Positions 30,601 to 40,027 of a stretch of 64,000 nt of DNA are shown one piece after another. The DNA lies in NCBI GenBank assembly GCA_965235115.1, contig OZ249437.1, positions 3,906,001 to 3,970,000 on the forward strand. The letters run 5' to 3'. Each line of letters opens with the position of its first letter. The stretch's first letter is position 1. Position numbers and translations under genes: made by a program. The notes under the pieces were generated by a model. The model ran no database searches. It was not told the DNA's origin and was given only the letters and a program-made list of their open reading frames with translations. The DNA comes from Laetmonice hystrix (taxonomy: Eukaryota).

Positions 30601-33022
30601 GAGCCCCACGACTCTATAACATTGTTGCACCCCTCTATATATACATAATGCCCTCCACACCCCCTTTGGCACTCTTCATAAAGCGATAATTCCGGGTGGA
30701 ACCCCATAGGCCTTCCCCTTGTACCGATGTCGGACATGATTTTGGACCTCTGACATTCACATTGATGTTGACATCCCGGCTCATTCAAAGCGATGGCCAA
30801 TGGGTCCGCCATCATAACAGGCTTCGTTATCGCACCATCTCTCCAGCTGCCTCATCAGTTCAGGGGCCCAATCATTAGGAAAATAAAAATTAAAATCAAA
30901 CTCAGCCCATGCGGTCATCGCTAATATTTTTATATCTATGACTGCTGTTTTAGTCGATCATCGTACTCAAATTTCTGTTCTAGCTTTGAGTATCCAAACA
31001 ACCCTTTTTTATAGCCAATGCAAGTAAAATAATAAATTAAGATATAAGTCGGGTTTGATGTATACGCTGGGGAATGAAGGTGACGACGAATCTGTCAGAC
31101 GGGTTGTGCGTTCTGTCACCCCTTGTGTCGTCACGCCCCTGGTACAGGGTTGTTCTGAAGCACGGGTGATTTGTTGACATTGACGTTCTCAAATATTCAT
31201 GTTTCTCCAGTTGCGCCCCACGCCTCCCCACCTGACGTCAGCAGCGGCGGAGGGAATTCTCGCGCAAGCCTGCGAGAACGAGAGTAACAATGCCAAGCGC
31301 ATGCGCATGGGCCTCGAACCTTTGCCGGTAGGTGTTGTTTCCGCCTCCTGCCTTTTTTTTTAACTTTTTTTTAACTAAGCCAATCTGATAAATAAAATGT
31401 TTTCCTTTCATAAGACTTGAGTGAGTGTGTGCGTGTGTCTGACTATATGTGACATGTGACTGGAATCTTGATAGTTATTACCAGCATGAAGTTATAAAAT
31501 AGTCGTTTTCTCTACACTATATCCCTTCTGTACGATATAATATACCCACACCGTATAGTTAATAGCTAAAATAGATTCTACTATATTATGTATGTTCCTC
31601 CTTGTCCTTCTTCTGTGTCGGCAATGACCCCCACCAAAATACGCCGGGAATCCCTTGTCTTTGGCCAGCCTCTGCTAGCCGCCGCCCCTCCAGGGTTGTG
31701 GTGCATTGGTAAGGCACAGTGCTCCTGGTGTTCCAGGCCGCTATTATTAATGCTACTCCGTTGCCACCGAACCAGAATTCGCAGCCATCTCCAGGGCAGC
31801 CCTCTCCAGGCCAGCAGTCGGCACAGCAAAACTCATCCAGTCGGAGCGCCTCCTCCACGCCAACGCCCACGCCCACCAGCGCGCCCTCTACCGTTCAGCC
31901 TCCACAACTTGAAAGACAGCAGACTCCGTCGTCTCTACCTGGTTCCACCGACTACATCCGGCAGTCGCCGGTGAGCGCCGCCTTTCGGCCACCTCATGAA
32001 CTACCATCCCCGTTCTTTACCAACTCGAACGGAATCTTCCGGCCTAGCCTGCAGTCATCGTACAGCTCGCCTCCAGCACATCACCATCCACCCGTCATAC
32101 CACACTCACATGTCGTCTCTGGGGCTGTACAGAACGGCGAGTCGTGTGAGTACGCCTGCTTCGGACATAGGCAGGCTTGAAATATATATATATATTGAAT
32201 TTAAAGGGGCCAATTCCTTAAATTGGATCAATTGTTTTTTTATCGTGGGGCTACTTTGCTGTGTCTTGGCGTATCTCTTAGTGATTCTCGCCCAAGAAGT
32301 ATACAAATAATTTTTCCTTGATATAACCAGATAAAATCATCTCGTTTTAGTCAGCCTAAACTGTTGAGATATTAGGGGACACGTTTTAAGCTGGTCACGT
32401 TTTCACAGTCTGAGTACAATAAAGGCACTAGGCCTATGTCCCGTCTGTCTGTACTGAAACACGTGACTTCATACAAAGCATCCTGAATTGTTCCATGTGT
32501 TGATATAGTTCTTTCCTTTATCTAGGCCCCACTGATTTGAGCATGAAGTTCATACAAACCATCCTGAATTGTTCCATGTGTTGATATAGTTCTTTCCTTT
32601 ATCTAGGCCCCACTGATTTGAGCATGAAGTTCATACAAACCATCCTGAATTGTTCCATGTGTTGATATAGTTCTTTCCTTTATCTAGGCCCCACTGATTT
32701 GAGCATGAAGTTCATACAAACCATCCTGAATTGTTCCATGTGTTGATATAGTTCTTTCCTTTATCTAGGCCCCACTGATTTGAGCATGAAGTTCATACAA
32801 ACCATCCTGAATTGTTCCATGTGTTGATATAGTTCTTTCCTTTATCTAGGCCCCACTGATCTGAGCATGAAGTCTAAGACGCCAGTTGCGGGAAGTAAAA
32901 ACCAGCTGAACCCAGCCGAAGTGGCTACAATCAAACAACTGATCGCCGGCTACCGCGAGTCGGCAGCGTTCCTCTACCGGTCGGCGGACGAACTAGAACA
33001 GCTACTGCTACAGCAAAACTAG
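3576..33022 (+). CDS. NOL4: Nucleolar protein 4 / NOL4-like orthologue, 5'-partial; exons 3576-3675, 27238-27461, 27988-28119, 28595-28798, 31211-31327, 31737-32145, 32850-33022
   Basis: Spliced [11 protein letters not shown] contains NOL4-family hallmarks PERLKAFN|[89 protein letters not shown] and the C-terminus [30 protein letters not shown]. All introns are GT-AG and phases join (1,0,0,0,0,1). The N-terminal exons lie upstream of the window. NOL4 vs NOL4L cannot be separated. Confidence 0.93.
3748..4431. repeat. Minisatellite, 85-87-bp unit x 8
   Basis: Unit gtaaacagggactggccttggactaccacagatatgtggtacgaatctagtcaatcaacaatcaagtagccgatctagaggtcag. Confidence 0.95.
5376..5743. repeat. Minisatellite, 23-bp unit x 16
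   Basis: Unit acattggttaggaccggcccggt. Confidence 0.95.
8085..8242. repeat. Imperfect (GA)n microsatellite
   Basis: About 160 nt of GA/GGGAGA repeats. Confidence 0.95.
11193..11328. repeat. Minisatellite, 34-bp unit x 4
   Basis: Unit atccaccaagactccaccgtcgaccattttcaca. Confidence 0.85.
15846..17034. repeat. Minisatellite, 34-bp unit x about 35
   Basis: Unit ccaccagccttgttgttaccaaggtgatctcggt. Confidence 0.96.
17737..17834. repeat. 14-bp unit x 7
   Basis: Unit ttaagtgcggtgtg. Confidence 0.9.
18652..19278. repeat. Minisatellite, 22-bp unit x about 28, with 5-unit higher-order period at the left end
   Basis: Unit cattgtaaccatagctatccga; variant order recurs every 110 bp. Confidence 0.93.
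19670..20184. repeat. Minisatellite, 46-bp unit x about 11, with 3-unit higher-order period
   Basis: Unit gaagcagtaagtagtatatagaaatggtcgaaagtagcggtttgag. Confidence 0.93.
20683..21796. repeat. Minisatellite, 36/42-bp interleaved units x about 29
   Basis: Unit ggacggagtgaactaggcgt(cagcct)gccatacagcaggcag. Confidence 0.95.
22141..24724. repeat. Minisatellite, about 83-85-bp unit x about 31
   Basis: Unit ggtattatattttgtgactgtaggttagggtcggccatgtagacgtggggggaccagcctcccggaggggtcggtgaactcca. Confidence 0.96.
27238..27461 (+). CDS. NOL4: NOL4 exon (DSTAAVALQ...[11 protein letters not shown])
   Basis: Acceptor tattctgcag, donor gtgagt; open frame; ends in phase 0 matching the next exon. Confidence 0.8.
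27988..28119 (+). CDS. NOL4: NOL4 exon (acidic tract; ...[10 protein letters not shown])
   Basis: Acceptor ctttcag, donor gtaagc; 44 codons ending in conserved PERLKAFN. Confidence 0.92.
28595..28798 (+). CDS. NOL4: NOL4 exon, conserved core domain ([22 protein letters not shown]...)
   Basis: Acceptor tttccag, donor gtatgt; strongly conserved NOL4-family sequence. Confidence 0.95.
29735..30417. repeat. Minisatellite, about 114-bp unit x 6
   Basis: Repeated aaaactaaaacattaaaaccgttgttcgttatcaaatagctacttcccctgagtctggtcacagagcctttcggtgtaagaactttatcagaaaactgccgactatcccaggct. Confidence 0.93.
31211..31327 (+). CDS. NOL4: NOL4 exon ([39 protein letters not shown])
   Basis: Acceptor tttctccag, donor gtaggt; conserved motif; 39 codons. 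Confidence 0.92.
31737..32145 (+). CDS. NOL4: NOL4 exon (Ser/Pro/Gln-rich)
   Basis: Acceptor gtgttccag, donor gtgagt, phase-1 end fits the last exon. An alternative GC donor after 32136 is possible. Confidence 0.82.
32468..32872 (+). repeat. 81-bp unit x 5 containing the NOL4 last-exon acceptor plus the first 23 coding nt
   Basis: ttctttcctttatctag|gccccactgatttgagcatgaagt recurs; AG ends at 32525, 32606, 32687, 32768, 32849. Confidence 0.95.
32850..33022 (+). CDS. NOL4: NOL4 last coding exon (PTDLSMK...[23 protein letters not shown])
   Basis: Acceptor ctttatctag (last of 5 copies); conserved C-terminus; stop TAG 33020-33022. Confidence 0.93.
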
Positions 33023-33437
33023 CGCCACCTAGCGTGAAACGGCGACGTTATTTGAGCACGGCAACGTTTGTGTGATACTACACCTACCAGCTTCAAACGT
33101 ACTCTGGTAAAGCTATCCGAATGGCAGGGCCGTTTTTCTAGTGATAAAACATGAATAAGGATGCGTTGACAAGGGGACCGTTACCCTCCCCCTTTTAATG
33201 CCGATTTGGTCCAGCGATACGGGCATGGAGGACAGATTGTTGGAACCCGCCATGGATTTAGTTTATGATGTATACTGGCATCTACAATATAGACGTTGAG
33301 TATGTAAAGGCCTACCTACACTTGTTTACAATATCCATACAATATACCAGAGAAACTATACCATTATGAATATGCAATCATCAAAGGACGTCAAAGCCAT
33401 GAGGTCATCGAGGAGAAAACCTGAGAGTTTGTCTACA

Positions 33438-33507
33438 AATAAATCCAATGGATAGATCGAGAGTCTACAAATAAATCCAATGGATAGATCAAGAGTCTAC
33501 AAATAAA
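33438..33507 (+). terminator. Three tandem AATAAA hexamers (32-bp repeat x3), candidate NOL4 poly(A) signals
   Basis: AATAAA at 33438, 33470 and 33502 within gagtctacaaataaatccaatggatagatc repeats, about 420 nt after the stop. Confidence 0.45.
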
Positions 33508-34256
33508 TCAATTCCAGATGAACATGAACCTGCGCTACACAACAAGATATCACTTATCGACAAGACTGAGACAAACACGCCGAATTCTTCCGGGTGATAA
33601 TGGGTTGATGTGATTGGTTTACGCTGAAACCACCGGAAGTAGTCATGATCGCCTGCGCCTGCGCCTGCGCCTGCGCCTGCGCCTGTGGTGCGGTGTGCGC
33701 TGGGAGCGAGAGGTGGACGTGGGTAGGCTGTACGAGGGAGGACTGACGATATAGAGAGGGCCATGGGTCCCGGCTGGCCGGCCTATCCAACCAATGGTGA
33801 TCCCCCAATCAGGCTGACAATGAAAGGATTGAGAAACTTGCACGTGGTTGGGCCAATGTTGTGGATGTACTCTGGCTTGGGTTTGGCTCGAGATGTTTGG
33901 TTCAGTGTAGGGCTGTATTGGTGTTTGACGGATTAACAAGACATACCCAAACACAGTATGAGGTTCATTCCGTCAAACAACTAATTAAATCCATGCCCAA
34001 ACCCTTGAACTGACCGAAATGCAACTATCACTGGGGTCTGGGACATTTCAAGGTTGATACCAAATTATCACGATATAGATAGACTTGCATTTATATTAAC
34101 AAGGTTGTTCCTCTCCCTAAATATTATTGAGAGTGTCTGAATTCAGTCAAGGGTCGGTATGGCGACCTATTTTATAATTTTATATACGACCGAGCACTTG
34201 CAAAATATCGTGCTATTTCCTCATATAAACATGGGACATTCACTAATGAGAATATC

Positions 34257-34538
34257 TCTGACGGGAGTGGGAAGCGTTCTGTGGTGGGTGATTGTAGCTA
34301 TATCTACCTGTCCTCTGACGGGAGTGGGAAGCGTTCTGTGGTGGGTGATTGTAGCTATATCTACCTGTCCTCTGACGGGAGTGGGAAGCGTTCTGTGGTG
34401 GGTGATTGTAGCTATATCTACTGTCCTCTGACGGGAGTGGGAAGCGTTCTGTGGTGGGTGATTGTAGCTATATCTACCTGTCCTCTGACGGGAGTGGGAA
34501 GCGTTCTGTGGTGGGTGATTGTAGCTATATCTACCTGT
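34257..34538. repeat. Minisatellite, 57-bp unit x 5
   Basis: Unit ctgacgggagtgggaagcgttctgtggtgggtgattgtagctatatctacctgtcct. Confidence 0.93.
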
Positions 34539-34751
34539 CTGTCTATTCTATGCTAACCGACCAACTTGGCACATCCTGTCCGACTGATACAACGTTCCTG
34601 TCTCATCACACATACGACAAAACAAAATGCCCACGAATACTGGTGTCAGAAACCGAATGTCCTGAAGAACGCCAATCTGTTATAAGTGCCTGCAATCGCA
34701 AATTCTAAAGGAGAAAATTCTATATTTTCAAAGTCACTTTTTATCGCTGAG

Positions 34752-34854
34752 GCGCATGCGCCGAAACGTGACGAGGCGACGTTCACCGTGTGATCAAAAT
34801 GGCTGATTCTTTGAACTATTCGGTTCTGGTCCCGGGATTCCGATAGAGGGCGCC
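34752..34854. promoter_or_regulatory. Candidate promoter: NRF1-type palindrome, YY1-like and CTCF-like motifs
   Basis: GCGCATGCGC 34752-34761, CAAAATGGCT 34795-34804 and CCGATAGAGGGCGCC 34840-34854 in a CpG-rich patch. Motif matches only. Confidence 0.4.
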
Positions 34855-37800
34855 AGTAGTAGTAAGAACGAAGCAGTAAAGATCTAACGTCGACGTGCTT
34901 CCAGGAAACCCTGTCTATATTTTTACATGCACTATTTTTGAGAGGCTAGAACAGAAAACACATATGTGTTATATAACAAAGGATGGGTCCTTCGTGGTAC
35001 GTCATCTACTAGAACAAGAGGGAAAACCACAGTCTGCGCACGACCTGTATCCATGGTAACGCCCCCCAAACCCGCGTGTATATCTGCCTTCCCAAAAGTC
35101 ATGCTTTATACGGAAGACTTTCTACTCTATGGTCTTGTATTCTACATATATATAACAAATATATTATATGTTTACAGTTATCACGATGTTTGATGACCAA
35201 AGTCACTAGATTTTGCAGTTGAGATTATGACGATGTGTGGTGGCTATAATTAGATTTTACAGAAAACGGAGCGTATAGATGGAAGCGATCCGTGATGTAA
35301 TATGACTAATGACATAATTATATTTCAATGCAGTATGGGCGCAATCTACAAGGACATGTTTTATATAGGACTATTTACAATGTATATATGATAGTTTAAA
35401 TGGTGCACGGTGCTGTGAAATACAAACATAAACTGTCCAGATGTCTATTTTGACATAGATGTTTATTTGCTTTGTTGGTGTTGAGTTAACCTTCATGGAT
35501 AAGGTCAGTGTAAATTGACCAGTGTCCACTGAATATACTTTCTGGCCTTCGCATGGTCACACTGATGTTCTCTTTGCAGATTGAACCGGCAACAAAAGAC
35601 CCTCATCTCAATAGACCTTGATGGAATTCTATGTTAATGAGTTAATTATGGGTCGATGTCGATGCTGTCTCACCTTTAGGAGAGCGACCTGGAGTGGTCT
35701 CAATCACTCGAGGAAGGGTTTATGTAGGCAAGGAAATGAATGTCGACCATGGCTCTGGTTATGCGATCTCTCAACATTGTAGAATTCAGTTTGTCGACTC
35801 TAGTCAGCGGCCTCGTTACGAGTTGTACGTAACAAGACAAAAATCTAATTCGTTCGAACCCCACCACATTTAAATAGTTACAGGGGAACAAGAACCAACG
35901 ATGCTATGTGTCAGACTGCATGACTAATCAGGACAATCTAATGAGTCGGAATGATTCATCGATGGAGGTCAACTATTGTAAAGGTATTTGTGATGCTAAC
36001 TCTAGCAGTGGATGATTGTACGTGACATAGCTACGAAAAAAGTAACATTGAGAAGAATTCAATGTAGACCCTCTCTACAGAACGTTGATGTTGCTTTAAA
36101 TATAATTATGAAATGGTGAGGATTTTAAATAAGATTACACGCTACATCCTGCTATTGTGTATGGCAGCAACCTTTGTCCACACCGCATCCAGGGGATAAA
36201 AGGACACACAGTTTTATAGTGATGAGAACCGTCAAGGGTTTCCACTAGGACTACACAAGGAGCTTACCCCTGGTTTAACTGGTATAAACCACCGAGTTGA
36301 ATGCGATATTATGTACATGTGTGTACAATCTGATTTGGTCTACATCCTCCATTACTCGGTGTGAAGTTGTTTCACAGTTATATATGGAGTTCCTATTTGT
36401 TTTGCAGAGTTCTCTGCCCCCTCCCCATTACATTCCGCATACCTTAGTGCAGTTAATTTTAACCAGGCCTATAACAGGTTACGTCATCAAGGTTACGTCA
36501 TCGGGCTACATTGCTCACAGTTTGTTGTACACGCTGCGCAAATTTTAAAAAAGGCATACATTCCTTAATTTCAACACATTCCGTGAGGGGCATGGCGAGA
36601 GATTCCACTGTCTTGACGCCTCAGATGATGTTAGCGACCTCTGGCGGAAGTGTCACAAAGCCGCATATGTTTCAGAAGTTCTTTCATTAAAACGATTGCT
36701 AAAATATCAGGTAGAGGAACGCAGCAGACATGCTCAGGAATGACTGTCCTTCAGAATAGTCTTCATCAAATTAGTTTGACTGTAGCATTTGAAATTGTCA
36801 TTGTCAATGGAAAGGTATGGTATCTATCTCTGCATATAAACAATGTTTTGATCCCTCGGTTTAAAAAGACGCCCACTGCCATCTGGTGGAGAAGCCATGT
36901 ACTAAACAATTGCTGCCGGGAGAGTGTTTGCTTACGTCACGAACGAAAGACCTCTGCACATGCGTCACAGATTTATTCAAATCTGAACAATATGAAATGC
37001 ATTCCATCGCCGAGAACAAAAGGGTAGTAGTCTTTGTTATAATTATATTACAATTAATATTCCTGGTGATTCTGGCACTAGCCACGATCTGTCCTGGCAA
37101 CTTTGGGTTATTTACAGTATTTCAAAGTTGATCTCTTGGCTGCATGTGCTGCGTTTTTGTTCGTTTTATATATAGTATTTATAATTTATTGTCTAGTATT
37201 TATTTGAACATTTTTCACTGAGGGATATTTATTCTCTGACAGTAGATGTGTTGATAATGTGAATGTTTAATATATTTCAATGTTGATTATGTATTCTGTA
37301 TAGAGCGTGCAGAATGGAAAATAAACAATATTTAAGACAAGTGATAGTCTACTTGTAATTTGATTCCTGCGCTTACATGAAAGTTTATTTTATTATAAAC
37401 GTGTTGTTTATAATTCACGGTATAGCACTAAAATTCCATTAGGTGTGATATTTCGTATGGTGCAAGTAAATAAATAAAACAAGATCCCGTCGGAGTCACA
37501 GCCCCCAAATGGGTAGGGACTAATTATCTGTACTTTTGATACGTAGCCTACTTTTAGCACGCTTGTTGCCCCTCATATGACTTTCGCTCAATGTCATGGA
37601 AAATGGCGCCAAACAAAAGTTTATACACCACTTCTTATCTGTCAATAATCTTATCTTGCACCGTTATCTTATCGTGCACCGTTTTCGAGATATGAACCGA
37701 AAGAGCGTAAGGTCTATTTGGTTGTTGAACTGAACTGAGAATACATTGGCATATACATTGCTCCTAATAATGTACCTACGTTCTTTGTACCAAATTTAGA

Positions 37801-39814
37801 AAAATAGATCAATTGTGCCACAGTTGCTGATGTCCGAAATGTCGGTAAAAGGACATAGTCTCGAGAATAACCCAATCTGTGGATTAACGCATATTTTCAG
37901 TTCCCAGAAAGTCAGAATTTTCTAGCCTTTTCTCATTTTTTTGGAGACTGGCCCTTATTTTGCTGGCCAAGCACAAAAGAATTCCATTAAATATGACTAC
38001 CAAACGTACCCAACCTTAAATCTAGGCTAGATAATAAGTTAAGCCATTCTTGGGATTAACTTCACAAAATGTTATTGCATATATAGGGCCTGGTGTCACA
38101 CAAGTGGGTTCACACCTAACCTGTTTCAGACCGTTTACTCTTTCAAAATCTTTGGATATTCTAAAACCATTGGTGTTCCATTTTCTATAATCTAAATTAA
38201 AATTACCTACAATAGATCTAATTATGTCCCCTCTAGCCGTCCTAGCACCTTTCTAGCATTCATTTAATTCTTCAAACGTACTATGAACACTACCACAAGT
38301 AGTATTAAGTACAACAACATGTGGTGACAGACTTTCTGTTATGTGATAGGTTTGTTGTGGAAGATCAGACTTGTTATAGAAAGATCGCTAGATCAGGTAA
38401 ACATGGCTGTCATGCGTGGCACTCCCCGTGCACGACTCGATATTGTAGGCACCTATAATGTCGGCCAGCTCAACTGGTCCCAACTCCCTGTACTAACTCT
38501 CATCATGTCCAGAATGGAAAAGGACATTCGTTCTCAAAAGGGGGTACCTCAGCCTACATAGGACTATAGATGTCCCCCACCCCCAAGCCCGGTTACGCCA
38601 CTCCTGCCTGGCCCCTCAATGCCAATGTAAAGTAACACGCACGACTCCGACAAACTCAAACAACATCAACCAATGGCCTGATCCCATTGACGTTGTATAA
38701 CAAGGCACAGCAGCAGGGCTGACTGCATGCCGGGATTATTACTGACCTGTGCTCTGTGATGTGTTGACAATACGTGTCGACCACTCCCCGCCTGGTTCCC
38801 ACCCCACGACACGGTGCGCACGACCCCAGGCCTTTATAAGGGGAGCAACCCTGGTCAACCCGCCACAACTACCACCTGACAGGCACCTACTCACATACCT
38901 ACACGCGGCAGTTCACGACGACGGAGACGTTCGGCCCCATCTCGATACAACTGAAGTCTGCGCCTTCACTACACACACACACTCAGGTAGGACTTCGTCA
39001 ACCTCGCGCAAACATTGCAGATCTTCAGGCGGCTTTACTGACCGTCACTTGTCGGAAAAAGTACCGGTCTTTATGCTTCTATTTCAAAACAAAATATTTA
39101 GATTATTTAACAAATCTAGCAATCAATCTTTAGCATCATTTGTTTAGGAGCAGTCACCCGTGCGACTGCTCTGAATTCTTGCGAGTGGACTTGTCATAAG
39201 ATATTAGTATAGGCTACAGTTCTCAGACATGTCCGACAATTTGGCGCTGTAATTTGAAGACTCTGAGCTTCAATTATTAGCGATACAATATCGGTTCTCA
39301 GCCGATACATATTGCGATAAATATGTTTTTCCAGCATAAAGTTATAGTTAGAAAGCCATGGGACCTTGAAAGCTTTGAAAAGCCATGCAATTGCAAAAAT
39401 AGATTCAGCCGGGAATGTCCTTGAAAGAGTAAATTAGGTCAAGTGGATTGCGTCTTCGTGTGGAAAGTTTTAAAAGCGGAATGACTTTTGAGGTTCGTTC
39501 TCTTTTGAGTAAAAACGACGGGCGGGCCGGAACCTTTTGTACCCCCCCCCCCCCCCCACACACACACCTCCTTCTGTCGTCCAGAATAAATGACGTTTTT
39601 GAGAAATAGTTTGATGGAGTTGTTTTCATGCGAACATTTAATTTATATGTAGCCTATTACTGTTAAGAAAACGCTTAAGCAGTGTCAGTTACGACAGATA
39701 GAAGTTGGACAGAAAAAGCTAGGCAAAATTGTCTTCTTTTAATATATGTATTATACCTAAAATGAAAACAAATTATTGTTCAAATACCTGAATGTCGTTT
39801 TTCCCCCTCAGGAC

Positions 39815-40027
39815 ATGAAGCTTACGTACGCCATCCTGATGGTCGCCCTGACCTTGGCGGCCTGTGTTTATGCGTCTCCCGGAAGAGGTCACCACGGTCA
39901 TGGTCGTCGTCGCGGACCCCCAACGTGCGCCACTAATGACGACTGCCCAGATCATGGCTGGCGAGAGCTTGCGTGTGACACCACCAGGAAGCTGTGTTTC
40001 CCTGACACTCCAGTGAACAGGTTTACG
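39815..40027 (+). CDS. Cys-rich protein exon: signal peptide + GRGHHGHGRRR + module 1
   Basis: Hydrophobic N-terminus; CATNDDCPDHGWRELACDTTRKLC; donor gtaagg. Confidence 0.9.

Noticed and set aside
37478-38600. Possible non-autonomous Helitron-like element (aacaagatcccgtcggagtcacagccccc..., ttatc repeats)
   Set aside because: Resemblance is impressionistic; no termini or hairpin could be fixed by eye.
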